Assembly (NCBI GenBank): GCA_963825055.1
Contig: CAWGSK010000007.1
Coordinates: 152,450-216,449 of the forward strand
DNA: 64,000 nucleotides
From: an uncultured Gemmatimonadales bacterium
Lineage (GTDB): Bacteria > Gemmatimonadota > Gemmatimonadetes > Gemmatimonadales > GWC2-71-9
Reading direction: 5' to 3'
The notes under the pieces were generated by a model, which made no database searches, had not been told where the DNA came from, and was given only the letters and a program-made list of their open reading frames with translations. A program made the position numbers and the translations under genes. Positions 9,371 to 19,730 of this stretch are shown here, one piece after another. Positions within the stretch are counted from its first letter, which is position 1; each line of letters starts with the position of its first letter.

Positions 9371-11089
9371 TCAATCCGTCGGGGACGCCATCGGGAACCA
9401 GACGCTGATCCGGGTGCCTTCCCCGAGTGTGCTGGACGCGGAGACCCGGCCCCCGTGGCTCTCCATCAGGTGCCGCACGATGGCGAGCCCGAGGCCCGTG
9501 CCGCCTTCGTCCCGGGAGCGGGAGGGATCGGCGCGGTAGAAGCGCTCGAAGATGCGCGGCAGGTGCTCCCGCGGAATGCCGGGCCCGGTGTCGGCGACGG
9601 TAAGCGACAGCCCGCCCCCCTCGGATCGCGCTTCCACCGTGATGCCTGAGCCGTCCGGCGCGTACCGGAGGGCGTTCTCCAACAGGTTCCGCAGCACCTG
9701 GTCAAGCGCGCCGGAATCCGCGGTGATCTCCCGGGCATCCGGCATGAGGTCGGTCTCGAGCGTGACCCCGCGGCGCAACGCCCGCTCCGCGAGCGGGGTC
9801 CAGGCCTCGCGGATGGCCGTGCCGAGGTCAAAGCGCTCTCGCTCGGGACGCCAGGTGCCGGCCTCGATCCGGGACAGGTCCAGCAGGCTGTCCACCAGTC
9901 GCTGCATCCGCCGCGCGTTGTCCATGATCACGCCGAGGAAGCGGGCCGTGGTGGCCTGGTCGGGCTGGTCCGACATCAGCGTTTCCGCGTAACCGGAGAT
10001 GGAGGTCAGCGGGGTCTTGAGCTCATGGGAGACATTCGCGACGAAATCCCGGCGGACCGTCTCCAGGCGGCGGATTTCGGTCAGGTCGTGCAGGACGACC
10101 ACCGCGCCGCCGCTCGGCAGGGAACGCGCGTTGATCAGGATCGTCTTGCCGTCCATCTCCACTTCGCGCCCCATCGTCGAATCACCGGCGATGACTTCGT
10201 CCATGACGGACCGGGCGGCCTTGGCGCGGAAGAGATGGGGAAGGTCCGGGAAGGACGCGTCGGGCTCGTAGCCGAGCAGACGACGGGCGGCGGAGTTCGC
10301 GATCACGATCCGGCCTTTCGGGTCGGCCGCGAGCACGCCCTCCACCATCGATTCCACCAGCGCCGCCGTCTCGGCCTGCTCCCGGCGGATCGCCTCGAAC
10401 CGGTCATCCAGCTGGACGTGCATCTGCCGGAGCGCGCGGACCAGCGTGTCAATCTCCGGGATGCCGGAACGGGGGAAGCGGGGTGGCGTGCCGGCCGCGA
10501 TCGCGCGGGCCGAGCCGGCGATGGCGATGAGGGGACGGGCGACGGACCGCCCGGCGATCACCGCGATGATAATACCGATCGCGAGGGCGACCAGCGAGGC
10601 GGCGAAGACCGACTGGTGGGCCTGGCGGATCATGGCGTCGGCGAGGCCGAGCCCGGCCGCGACCCGCACCACGCCCGGTCCGCCCGGGACCGCGACGTAC
10701 ACGAAGTCCTGGCCTACCGTCACGCTGTGGCGGCGGGCGGACCCATGCATGCCGGCGAGGGCGCTGTCGACCTCCGGACGCCCCCGGTGGTTCTCGACCG
10801 ACCCGAGCGCGGCGGCGGGAACGTCACTGTCCGCGACCACCACGCCGGCGGTATCGATCAGGGTGATGCGGCGGCGGTTCTCGTGCGCGAGGCGGGTAAC
10901 GAATGACTGCCACGCCTCCGGCGCCGGGGGAAGCGCCTCGCGGGCCAGGCTCGCCTCACGCTGCAGCTCCTGGCGGAGGTCGTCGGCCAGTGCGCCGCGG
11001 AGCGACCAGCCCGACACCCAGACCAGGACCGCAGTCGTGATGACCAGGACGAGAACCGTCCCGAGGACCAGCCGGGTGGCGAACCTCAC
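9371..11089 (-). CDS. phoR: PhoR-like sensor histidine kinase (HAMP/PAS/HisKA/HATPase)
   Basis: RRDFVANVSHELKTPLT, NLLENA, DTGPGI, FERFYR, GTGLGL. Confidence 0.9.
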   Translation of the reverse strand: MRFATRLVLGTVLVLVITTAVLVWVSGWSLRGALADDLRQELQREASLAREALPPAPEAWQSFVTRLAHENRRRITLIDTAGVVVADSDVPAAALGSVENHRGRPEVDSALAGMHGSARRHSVTVGQDFVYVAVPGGPGVVRVAAGLGLADAMIRQAHQSVFAASLVALAIGIIIAVIAGRSVARPLIAIAGSARAIAAGTPPRFPRSGIPEIDTLVRALRQMHVQLDDRFEAIRREQAETAALVESMVEGVLAADPKGRIVIANSAARRLLGYEPDASFPDLPHLFRAKAARSVMDEVIAGDSTMGREVEMDGKTILINARSLPSGGAVVVLHDLTEIRRLETVRRDFVANVSHELKTPLTSISGYAETLMSDQPDQATTARFLGVIMDNARRMQRLVDSLLDLSRIEAGTWRPERERFDLGTAIREAWTPLAERALRRGVTLETDLMPDAREITADSGALDQVLRNLLENALRYAPDGSGITVEARSEGGGLSLTVADTGPGIPREHLPRIFERFYRADPSRSRDEGGTGLGLAIVRHLMESHGGRVSASSTLGEGTRISVWFPMASPTD

Positions 11090-11793
11090 CGTCGGGTCGT
11101 CGCCCGCTCCGCCCCGCGGAAACGGTAGCCGAAGCCACGAACGGTTTCGATCAGGTCACCGTCCGCCCCAAGCTTGGACCGCAGCCGCTGGATGTGCATG
11201 TCCACCGTCCGCGTCTGGATGTCCGGTTGTGCGTCCCACACCGTCTCCAGGAGTTGCGGACGTGACTGCACACGCCCCCGGCGCTCCATGAGCGTATGGA
11301 GCAGGCGGTACTCGGTGGCGGTGAGGTCGAGTTCCTCGCCGCGCAGCGTGACACGGTGGGAACCCCGGTCCAGGGAGACGGGGCCCGCTGACAGGAGTGA
11401 ACCACTCGACACGGCAGGCGAGCCGAGCCGGCGGAGCAGTGCGTTGACCCGGAGCGTCAGCTCCTGGGGAGAGAACGGCTTGACCATGTAGTCATCCGCG
11501 CCCAGGGAGAGGCCGCGGATCCGGTCCGGTTCCTCGCGCCGCGCCGTCAGCAGGATGACCCCGACCTCCCGGGTCTCGTCGATGCGGCGCAGGTCCGCCA
11601 GGACGTCGTAGCCCGAGACGCCGGGCAGCATGACATCCAGCACGACTACGTCGGGGCGCTCTTCCCGGGCGGCCTTGAGGGCTTCCGGGCCGCTGGCCGC
11701 TGTGGAGACACGGTAGCCCGCCTTCGCCAGATGGTAGGCGACCAGTGCGGTGATATCGGGTTCGTCGTCCACAACGAGCACGCGATGACTCAT
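11086..11793 (-). CDS. phoB: PhoB-like OmpR-family response regulator
   Basis: VLVVDDE, LDVMLP, GADDYMVKPF, TRTVDMHIQRLR, TVRGFGYRF. Confidence 0.9.
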   Translation of the reverse strand: MSHRVLVVDDEPDITALVAYHLAKAGYRVSTAASGPEALKAAREERPDVVVLDVMLPGVSGYDVLADLRRIDETREVGVILLTARREEPDRIRGLSLGADDYMVKPFSPQELTLRVNALLRRLGSPAVSSGSLLSAGPVSLDRGSHRVTLRGEELDLTATEYRLLHTLMERRGRVQSRPQLLETVWDAQPDIQTRTVDMHIQRLRSKLGADGDLIETVRGFGYRFRGAERATTRR

Positions 11794-11812
11794 GCGATGC
11801 TTCTCCTCAGGT

Positions 11813-12190
11813 TCAACGGACCACGGCGGCGGATCCGCCGATCGCCGCCAGGCGGTTTCGGGTACTCGACCGGCTCACCGAGACCGCCTCCTCGCGGTCC
11901 CGGCGGTACTGCTCCTCGTCCGCGATGCCGTCCAGGACTGCCCGGAGCAGCCGGCCCGAGGCGTCGGCGCGGCGCTGCAGCCGGTACAGGACGAACTGGG
12001 CGATCGGCGTGTCCCGCACGATTCCCGCGGCCCGGAGCACCGCCAGGTGCCGGGAAACGGTGGGCTGGGGAATCTCCAGGATGGCCTGCAGGTCGGACAC
12101 GAACAGCGGCGCGGCGGCCAGGCAGTTCAGGATCCGGAGCCGCGTGGGTTCGGCGACCGTCAGGAGGAGGGATGCAGGAGTGTCGCTCAT
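11813..12190 (-). CDS. ArsR/SmtB-family transcriptional regulator
   Basis: EPTRLRIL, PQPTVSRHLAVLRAAGIV. Confidence 0.88.
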   Translation of the reverse strand: MSDTPASLLLTVAEPTRLRILNCLAAAPLFVSDLQAILEIPQPTVSRHLAVLRAAGIVRDTPIAQFVLYRLQRRADASGRLLRAVLDGIADEEQYRRDREEAVSVSRSSTRNRLAAIGGSAAVVR

Positions 12191-12269
12191 ATGCGTCTTG
12201 CCGAATATACACTGGCTCAGGCCGGTGGGAAGCCGTCGGCTCCGGTCCTCCGGTCCTTATATTCTGCCC

Positions 12270-15200
12270 ATGCTCCTCACCCTCCTTCTGGCGGGCGCGC
12301 TGGCGCTGCCGCTCCAGGACACCACCGCACATCTCGTGGTGGTGAGCACCACGGACGTCCACGGCCACGCCACCGCGTGGGACTACCTGAACGACCGTCC
12401 CTTCCCCGGCGGGCTCACGCGTGCCGCCACCGTGGTGGACTCCCTGCGCCGTGCGTGGCCCGGCCAGGTGGTGCTGGTGGACGCCGGCGACCTGATCCAG
12501 GGCGAACCGTTTGCGGCCTACCTCGCGCAGGAGAAGCCACGCGACCCGCATCCGGTGCTGGACGTGATGGGTGCAATGGGCTACGACGCGGCGACGCCCG
12601 GGAACCACGAGTTCAACTTCGGGCTGCCCTTCATGCAGCGCGCACTTTCCGCGGCCCGCTTTCCCTATGTGAGTGCGAACGTGCGCGCGGGGGCACGGGA
12701 CTCCCTGATGTTCGAGCCCTGGGTGGTGGTGCAACGCGCAGGTGTCAGGGTCGGGATTACGGGATTCACCACGCCGGGGGTCATGGTGTGGGACCGGGAG
12801 AACGTGCGGGGCCGCGCCTCGGTGGGCCGGATCCTGCCCGCCGCACGGCGCGTGCTTCCGGAGATGCGGGCCGGTGCCGACGTGGTGATCGCGCTCGTCC
12901 ATTCCGGTATGGCCGAGGCCTCCTCCTACGATACGACGGGCGTGGGGCTGGAGAACACCGCGCAGGCGCTTGCCACCACGGCTTCACCGCCAGACCTGGT
13001 GATTGTCGGACATACGCACCGGGAAATGGTGGACTCCGTCGTCGGCGGGGTGCATTTCGTCCAGCCGAGGCCGTATGCGGAGAGTGTCTCGGTCGTGCAC
13101 CTCGAGCTTGCGCGCCGCGACGGTCGCTGGGTCGTCACTTCGATCCGGGGCCAGGCCGTCCCGCTGGCCGGGGTCCCGCCCCTCCCGGCGCTGGTCCGTC
13201 GGCTCGCGCCGCTACAGGCGGAAGTGCGGGCCTGGGCGACGCAACCGATCGCGAGCGCCTTCGGGGACATGCCCGCCCGTTATGGGCGGGCCGGGCCCAC
13301 GGGCGTGGTGAACTTCGTGAACGAAGTTCAGCGGCGGCAGGCCGGGGCACAGCTTTCCTCGACACCCGTGTTCAACACGTCAGCCGGTTTCCCGCGGGGC
13401 GAGATCCGGCTGGCCGACGTGGCCGCGATCTATCCGTACGAAAACACGCTCCGCGCCATCCGCATCTCGGGCGCCCAGCTCAGGGCGTACCTCGAGCAGA
13501 GCGCCCGCTACTTCACCGTGAGTCCGGAGGGCAGGGTCGGGCTCAATCCGGAGATCCCGGGGTACGACTTCGACATCATGAGCGGGGTGGAGTACGCCAT
13601 CGACCTGCGTTATCCCCCCGGGGACCGGATCCGCGGGCTGACGGTGGGCGGCAGGCCGGTAGTACCGGGCGACAGCTTCACGCTTGCCCTCAACAGCTAC
13701 CGCCAGGCCGGAGGTGGCGGCTATGCGATGCTCAAGGATGCGCCCGTCGTGTACGACAGGGGTGAGAACATCCGCGACCTGCTCATCGCCGCGGTGAAGG
13801 ACCGCCAGATCCTCCGGCCGGAAGACTACGCGGCGGCCAACTGGCGCATCGTCCCGGTCGAAGCCGAGGCGCAGGTGAGGGCCCTGTTCGGGGAGGAAGC
13901 CCGCCGCGCCGTGCGTGCCCCGGCGCCGCGGGACAGCATCGAGGTGCGGCTGATCGCGCTCAACGATTTCCACGGCGCCCTCCACCCGCGGGTGGAGGAA
14001 TGGTCCGGCGGGGAGCCCGTCGGCGGTGCCGCGCGGGTGCAGTCAGTGATGGACTCCGTGGCCGGGGCGTGCCGGTGCGCCACGCTCCGTCTCGACGCGG
14101 GCGACGGGATGCAGGGCTCCCTCCCGTCCAACCTGGTCCACGGCCGCTCCACCATCGAGGTGATGAACCGGCTCGGGATCAGGGCTGCCGCGGTCGGCAA
14201 CCACGACTTCGACTGGTCGGTGGACACGCTGCGGCAGCGGATGGCGGAATCGCGGTACCCCTGGCTGAGCGCCAACCTGGTCGATTCCGTGACCGGCCGC
14301 TCTCCCGCCTGGGTCCAGCCCTGGGTCATGCTCGACGCGGGTGGAACCAGTGTGGGGGTCATCGGGTACAGCAGCCCGGGAACGAAGGCAATCGTGCGGC
14401 AGGGGTTGCTCGCGGGCCTCGAGTTCCGGGGGCCGGACGGCCTCGCCGGGCCGCTGGCCGCCCTCCGGGCGAGGAAGCCCGACGTCGTGGTCGTGCTCGC
14501 GCACGCCGGTGGCCGCTGCAATGCGCAGGCCTGCGCGGGCGAGGTCATCGACCTCGCCCGGGCGCTTCCCCCCGGTTCGGTCGACCTGATCCTGGGGGGT
14601 CACGTGCACGAGCCGCTCGATACGCTCGTCAACGGGATACGCATCGTGCAGGGCAGGCCCCGGGGTGGTGCCGTGACGGTGGTGGACATCCTCCGCACAC
14701 CGGTCGGCGCGAGGGAAGTGCACGCCCGCCTGGTTCCCGTGACCGGAGGTGTGACTCCCGACAGCGGGATGGCGGCGCTCGTGGCGGAGTACGACAGCCG
14801 GACCGGGGCCGTGGCGGGGCGCGAAGTGGCCCGGATCCGCTTTCCACTCGAGCGGACCGGCCGGCAGCATCCGCTCGGGCTCCTCGTGGCCGAGTCGTTC
14901 CGTACGGCGCTCCGGACGGACGTGGGCCTCGTGAACAACGGCGCCCTCCAGGCCGGGCTCACCTCGGGTCCGGTGACCTGGTCGCAGGTCTATGAGGTCC
15001 AGCCGTTCCAGAACCAGCTGATGCGCGTCACGCTGAGCGGTGACCAGCTTGAGGCGCTGGTCGAGTCGCTGCTCGCGGACGGCGAGCCGAAGTCGCACCT
15101 TGCGGGGCTCGAAGTGCGGTGGGATTCCACCCGTCCTGCGGGGCAGCGCGTGCGGGAGATCCGCATCCGGAACGGCAGCAGGATCGAGCGGAAGCGGCAC

Positions 15201-15377
15201 TATACCCTGGCCCTGCCCGACTTCCTCCTGGGGGCGCAGGACGAATTTGCCCCACTGGCCGGACTGCCCGCGGAACCGGGCGGGGTGCTCGATGTGGATG
15301 CCCTGGTGCGCTATCTTGGCGCCCTGTCCCAGCCGGTCGATCCCCCGGCGTTCACCACGTTCATCCCGTCCCGGTAG
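12270..15377 (+). CDS. Secreted tandem 2',3'-cyclic phosphodiesterase / 5'-nucleotidase (two metallophosphoesterase modules)
   Basis: Module 1: TTDVHG, DAGD, GNHEFN, GHTH. Module 2: NDFHG, DAGD, GNHDFD, GGHVH. Signal peptide MLLTLLLAG. Confidence 0.9.
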   Translation: MLLTLLLAGALALPLQDTTAHLVVVSTTDVHGHATAWDYLNDRPFPGGLTRAATVVDSLRRAWPGQVVLVDAGDLIQGEPFAAYLAQEKPRDPHPVLDVMGAMGYDAATPGNHEFNFGLPFMQRALSAARFPYVSANVRAGARDSLMFEPWVVVQRAGVRVGITGFTTPGVMVWDRENVRGRASVGRILPAARRVLPEMRAGADVVIALVHSGMAEASSYDTTGVGLENTAQALATTASPPDLVIVGHTHREMVDSVVGGVHFVQPRPYAESVSVVHLELARRDGRWVVTSIRGQAVPLAGVPPLPALVRRLAPLQAEVRAWATQPIASAFGDMPARYGRAGPTGVVNFVNEVQRRQAGAQLSSTPVFNTSAGFPRGEIRLADVAAIYPYENTLRAIRISGAQLRAYLEQSARYFTVSPEGRVGLNPEIPGYDFDIMSGVEYAIDLRYPPGDRIRGLTVGGRPVVPGDSFTLALNSYRQAGGGGYAMLKDAPVVYDRGENIRDLLIAAVKDRQILRPEDYAAANWRIVPVEAEAQVRALFGEEARRAVRAPAPRDSIEVRLIALNDFHGALHPRVEEWSGGEPVGGAARVQSVMDSVAGACRCATLRLDAGDGMQGSLPSNLVHGRSTIEVMNRLGIRAAAVGNHDFDWSVDTLRQRMAESRYPWLSANLVDSVTGRSPAWVQPWVMLDAGGTSVGVIGYSSPGTKAIVRQGLLAGLEFRGPDGLAGPLAALRARKPDVVVVLAHAGGRCNAQACAGEVIDLARALPPGSVDLILGGHVHEPLDTLVNGIRIVQGRPRGGAVTVVDILRTPVGAREVHARLVPVTGGVTPDSGMAALVAEYDSRTGAVAGREVARIRFPLERTGRQHPLGLLVAESFRTALRTDVGLVNNGALQAGLTSGPVTWSQVYEVQPFQNQLMRVTLSGDQLEALVESLLADGEPKSHLAGLEVRWDSTRPAGQRVREIRIRNGSRIERKRHYTLALPDFLLGAQDEFAPLAGLPAEPGGVLDVDALVRYLGALSQPVDPPAFTTFIPSR

Positions 15378-15392
15378 CAAGGACAATCCGGA

Positions 15393-15629
15393 ATGCGCGT
15401 CTTCGTTAATGAACAGTCTCTCGCCCTGCCAGATGGTGCCGACGCCGGCGCCGCGGTCGAGGCGTTCGATCCCGGTCTCGCCCGGCACGTCGCCGACGGG
15501 TCCGCCTACCTCACCGACGGCCGTGGCGTCCGGCTCGAGCCGGCTGCCGCGCTCACGCCGGGCGCCATCATCCGGGTGGTCAGGTCCAGCCGGCGGGCGG
15601 GCGGGGACGGGAACGATGCTGACGCGTGA
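15393..15629 (+). CDS. Small ThiS/MoaD-like beta-grasp hypothetical protein
   Basis: MRVFVNEQSLALPDGA... start resembles ThiS; overlaps the add start; no terminal GG. Confidence 0.5.
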   Translation: MRVFVNEQSLALPDGADAGAAVEAFDPGLARHVADGSAYLTDGRGVRLEPAAALTPGAIIRVVRSSRRAGGDGNDADA

Positions 15630-16641
15630 CCTGATCCACCGGCTGCCCAAGGTCGAGCTGCACGTCCACCTCGACGGCTCGCTGCGGCCCGGGACGCTGG
15701 TGGACCTGGCCCGGGCCGCGAAGGTGGACCTGCCGACCTCGAATCCCGAAGCCCTCGCCCGCTACATGCTGGTGGACGACGCGCGCGACCTCGAGGACTA
15801 CCTCCGCCGTTTCGACACCACCATCGCGGTACTCCAGACCCCGGAAAGCGTCGAGCGCGTGGCGTACGAAATGGTGGAGGACGCCGCGCGGGACAACATC
15901 CGGCATCTCGAGGTGCGCTACTGCCCGGAGTTGAGCACGCGCGGCGGCCTTTCCCTGGACGAGGTGCTCGAGGCCGAGCAGCGCGGGCTGTCGCGCGGAC
16001 GGCACGATTTCGGGGTCAGCACGGGGATCATCAACTGTTCGCTCCGTCACTACGATCCTGCCACGTCGGTGAAGATCGCGAAACGCTCGGTGGCCTTCCG
16101 TGACCGCGGGGTGGTCGCGGTGGACCTGGCGGGTGGCGAGGCCGGCCGTCCGCCCGGCGTGCACAAGGCGGCATTCGATATTGCGGCCGAGGGTTGCCTC
16201 GGGATCACGGTGCATGCGGGAGAAGCCGCCGGGGCAGGGTCGATCGCCGACGCGCTTCACCACTGCCACGCGCAACGGATCGGCCACGGTACCCGCCTGC
16301 ATGAGGACCCGGTCCTGCGCGACTTCCTGCGTGACCGCCGTATCCCGATCGAGATCAACATCACCAGCAACCTCCAGACCCGCGTGGTGCCGCACGCCTC
16401 CGCGCATCCGGTGCGCGACTATTTCGATCGCGGGCTGGTCGTCACGCTCTGTACTGACAGCTGGCTCATCAGCGGCACCTCCCTCACCCACGAGTACTGG
16501 CTGGCCCACTCCGAGCTCGGGTTTACCCGGGAGGAGATCGACCGCATGATCCTGTATGGCGCGGAGGCGGCGTTCCTGCCCTGGCCGGAGAAGCAGGACC
16601 TGGTTCGCCACATGCGGGACGAACTGGCGGCCATCGCATGA
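15616..16641 (+). CDS. add: Adenosine deaminase
   Basis: LPKVELHVHLDGS, TVHAGE, RIGHG, CTD. Confidence 0.93.
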   Translation: MLTRDLIHRLPKVELHVHLDGSLRPGTLVDLARAAKVDLPTSNPEALARYMLVDDARDLEDYLRRFDTTIAVLQTPESVERVAYEMVEDAARDNIRHLEVRYCPELSTRGGLSLDEVLEAEQRGLSRGRHDFGVSTGIINCSLRHYDPATSVKIAKRSVAFRDRGVVAVDLAGGEAGRPPGVHKAAFDIAAEGCLGITVHAGEAAGAGSIADALHHCHAQRIGHGTRLHEDPVLRDFLRDRRIPIEINITSNLQTRVVPHASAHPVRDYFDRGLVVTLCTDSWLISGTSLTHEYWLAHSELGFTREEIDRMILYGAEAAFLPWPEKQDLVRHMRDELAAIA

Positions 16642-18011
16642 CGGGCCTCTTCCTCCTCCAGTCGGCTGCCGAGCGGCTGGCCAGCGCCCAGGCGGGCCTC
16701 GACACGCCCCTCCTCCTCCGGCTGGTCGGGCTGGTCGGGCTGGTAGCGATGCTTGGCATCACCTGGCTGATTTCGTACGACCGCAGGCGCATCAACTGGC
16801 GGCTCGTGGGCAGCGGGGTGACCCTCCAGTTTGTGCTGGCCCTGCTCGTGCTCAAGACGGAACCCGGCCGAAAGTTCTTCGCCTGGCTGGGCAGCGTGAT
16901 CACCGGCCTGCTCGCTTTCCAGGAAGAAGGGGCACGGTTCGTGTTCGGTGACCTGGTCCACGCCACGGTGCCGGTCGGCGTCATGCAGGCCGGGGACAAG
17001 TTCGTCCAGAGTGGGGAGCTGATCGCCCGGACCGGCGCCTACTTCGCTTTCAATGTGCTGCCGACCATCATCTTCTTCAGTGCGCTGATGTCGGTGCTGT
17101 ACTACCTGAACATCATGCAGCTGATCGTGAAGGGCATTGCCTGGTTCATGCAGAAAACCCTGGGCACCTCAGGGGCGGAGACCCTGAGCGCGTCCGGAAA
17201 CATCTTCATGGGGCAGACCGAGGCCCCGCTCCTGATCAAGCCTTTCGTGCGGACGATGACGCAGTCGGAACTCACTACCGTCATGGTGGGAGGGTTCGCC
17301 ACGGTGGCCGGCGGCGTACTGGCGGCCTACGTCGGCATGCTGTCTGGTGTCTTCCCACTGATCGCCGGGCACCTCATCGCGGCGAGCGTCATGAATGCCC
17401 CTGCCGGACTGTACCTCTCCAAGATGCTCCGGCCGGAGACCGGCTCCCCGGTCACGAAGGGGACGCTCAAGATGGAGGTGGAGAAGACCGACAAGAGCGT
17501 GATCGAGGCCGCGGCCAGCGGGGCGGCGCAGGGCGTGCAGCTGGCCATCAACGTCGCCGCGATGCTCATGGCCTTCATCGCCCTCGTGGCCATGCTCAAT
17601 TTCGGGCTGCACTGGATGGGTGGTCTCTGGGGCCAGGACAACCTGTCGCTCCAGTGGATCCTGGGAAAACTGCTCCAGCCCCTCGCCCTGGTCATGGGGG
17701 TGCCGCCCGCCGACTCGGCGTACGTCGGCAGCCTGATCGGGATCAAGACGACCATCAACGAGTTTGTCGCCTACGCCCAGTTCGCGGGTGACCTGGGGAA
17801 CGGCATCGTGCTGCAGCCGCGCAGCGTCATCATCCTCACGTACGCGCTGCTCGGCTTCGCCAACTTCTCTTCCATCGCCATCCAGATTGGCGGCATCGGC
17901 GGCCTCGCCCCCGAGCGCCGGAGCGAGATCGCGGCGCTGGGCCTCCGGGCGATGATCGTGGGGAACCTGGCGGCATTTACCTCCGCATGTATTGCCGGGA
18001 TGCTGGTATGA
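16638..18011 (+). CDS. nupC: CNT-family nucleoside transporter
   Basis: NIFMGQTEAP, GFATVAG, INEFVAY, FANFSSIAIQIGG. Confidence 0.92.
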   Translation: MTGLFLLQSAAERLASAQAGLDTPLLLRLVGLVGLVAMLGITWLISYDRRRINWRLVGSGVTLQFVLALLVLKTEPGRKFFAWLGSVITGLLAFQEEGARFVFGDLVHATVPVGVMQAGDKFVQSGELIARTGAYFAFNVLPTIIFFSALMSVLYYLNIMQLIVKGIAWFMQKTLGTSGAETLSASGNIFMGQTEAPLLIKPFVRTMTQSELTTVMVGGFATVAGGVLAAYVGMLSGVFPLIAGHLIAASVMNAPAGLYLSKMLRPETGSPVTKGTLKMEVEKTDKSVIEAAASGAAQGVQLAINVAAMLMAFIALVAMLNFGLHWMGGLWGQDNLSLQWILGKLLQPLALVMGVPPADSAYVGSLIGIKTTINEFVAYAQFAGDLGNGIVLQPRSVIILTYALLGFANFSSIAIQIGGIGGLAPERRSEIAALGLRAMIVGNLAAFTSACIAGMLV

Positions 18012-18823
18012 CGGACATCGGAGCCGCGGCAGCGGTGGTGCGTGAGCGGCTCGACGGCTTTTCCCCCGAAGTCGCCATTGTCCTGGGCTCGGGCCTTGGC
18101 GGGCTGGCCGCCCGCCTGGAGGACGCCATCCGCATTCCCTATGGCGACATACCAGGCTTCCACGCGCCATCGGTGGAAGGCCACAGGGGAGAGCTCGTGG
18201 CCGGGACCCTCGCGGGACGGCGCGTGCTGGCCCAGGCCGGCCGGTTCCACATGTATGAGGGATACGACGCGAATACCTCGGCGCTTCCGGTCCGCGTGTT
18301 CGGCGCGCTCGGCATCGGCACCATGATCGTAACCAACGCCGCCGGCGGCATCCGCCGGACCTTTCGTGCCGGCTCGCTCATGCTCATCGCGGACCACCTG
18401 AATTTCACGGGCCGGAACCCGCTGGTCGGGCCGGTGCTCGAGGGCGAGGAACGCTTCCCGGACATGTCAGACCCCTACGACAGGGGGCTCCGGGCACTCG
18501 CGCGGGACGCAGCGACACGCGAAGGGGTCATGCTGGAGGAGGGTGTCTACGCGGGACTGCTGGGGCCGAGTTACGAAACACCCGCCGAGGTCCGCATGCT
18601 GGAGCGCGTCGGCGCCGACGCCGTCGGCATGTCCACCGTCGTGGAAGTCATTGCCGCCCGGGCCCGCGGGATCCGCTGCCTCGGTTTCTCCTCGATCACC
18701 AACCCCGCCGCCGGCATCAGCGCCGAGCCCCTGTCGCACAAGGATGTGATGGCGGCGGCGGACAGGGTGACGGGGGACCTGGTGAAGGTGGTGGAAGGGG
18801 TGCTGGAGAGTAGTGAGCAGTGA
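18008..18823 (+). CDS. punA: Purine nucleoside phosphorylase (PunA/XapA type)
   Basis: IVLGSGLG, GRFHMYEG, TNAAGG, GPSYETPAE, GMST. Confidence 0.93.
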   Translation: MTDIGAAAAVVRERLDGFSPEVAIVLGSGLGGLAARLEDAIRIPYGDIPGFHAPSVEGHRGELVAGTLAGRRVLAQAGRFHMYEGYDANTSALPVRVFGALGIGTMIVTNAAGGIRRTFRAGSLMLIADHLNFTGRNPLVGPVLEGEERFPDMSDPYDRGLRALARDAATREGVMLEEGVYAGLLGPSYETPAEVRMLERVGADAVGMSTVVEVIAARARGIRCLGFSSITNPAAGISAEPLSHKDVMAAADRVTGDLVKVVEGVLESSEQ

Positions 18824-18957
18824 TTAGTGAGTAGTGATTAGTGCTTCAGGGATGGTTCCGCCCGGGCAGACGGACAGCGTCGCAAGGAGATGGCTCCGCC
18901 AATGCACTACTCACTACTCACTACTCACTAGTCACTAGTCACTAGTCACTAGTCACT
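18809..18957. repeat. Inverted heptamer arrays: (AGTAGTG-like)x5, 61-bp spacer, (CACTACT/CACTAGT)x7
   Basis: Directly visible; contains the stop codons of punA and thiD. Confidence 0.9.
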
Positions 18958-19730
18958 CTGTGCCCCAGCGGCCCCCTCCCGCCCCCCAGCCCCGGCGCCC
19001 CTCGAATCGCCCGCTGCACGTAGTCAACCGCCGACTCCACCGCCGATTCCAGTGAGTGCCCGAGGGCGAGCCCCGCGGTGATGGCCGCCGAGAGCGTGCA
19101 GCCGGTGCCGTGGGTCGAGGTGGTGTCGATCCGCTCGTGGGTGAAGCGACGGCTGCCGTCTGGCGTGACCAGCAGGTCCACCAGGGTGTCGCCACCCATG
19201 TGTCCGCCCTTGATCAGGGCGGCCCGCGCGCCCCGGTCGAGCAGCACCTTCCCGGCTCGCTCCATGTCCGCCTCGCTCCCCACGTCCATCGCCGCCAGGA
19301 TGGCGGCCTCGTGCAGGTTGGGGGTCACGATCATCGCGAGGGGCACGAGCAGGCCGAGCAGGGCCTGTTCGGCATCCTGGTCGAGCAGGCGGTCCCCCGA
19401 GGTTGCGACCATTACCGGATCCAGCACGTAGCGCGCCCACTTCCGGTGCCGGACCTGCTCCGCGACAAGGTTGACCAGGGCGGGGGAGGCCAGCATCCCC
19501 GTCTTCACGGCATCGGGCGGGAGGTCCTCCGCCACGGCGTCGAGCTGGTCGAGGACGGTTTCCCCCGGCACGGCGTGTACCGCCCGGACACCACGCGTGT
19601 TCTGGGCGGTGACGGCGACGATCACGCTGGTGCCGTGAACACCGTACTGGTGGAAGGTCTTGAGGTCCGCCTGGATGCCCGCCCCGCCGCCCGAGTCCGA
19701 GCCGGCGATGGTGAGCGCGATTGCGCTCAC
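18942..19730 (-). CDS. thiD: Hydroxymethylpyrimidine/phosphomethylpyrimidine kinase
   Basis: [41 protein letters not shown]. Confidence 0.95.
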   Translation of the reverse strand: MSAIALTIAGSDSGGGAGIQADLKTFHQYGVHGTSVIVAVTAQNTRGVRAVHAVPGETVLDQLDAVAEDLPPDAVKTGMLASPALVNLVAEQVRHRKWARYVLDPVMVATSGDRLLDQDAEQALLGLLVPLAMIVTPNLHEAAILAAMDVGSEADMERAGKVLLDRGARAALIKGGHMGGDTLVDLLVTPDGSRRFTHERIDTTSTHGTGCTLSAAITAGLALGHSLESAVESAVDYVQRAIRGAPGLGGGRGPLGHRVTSD

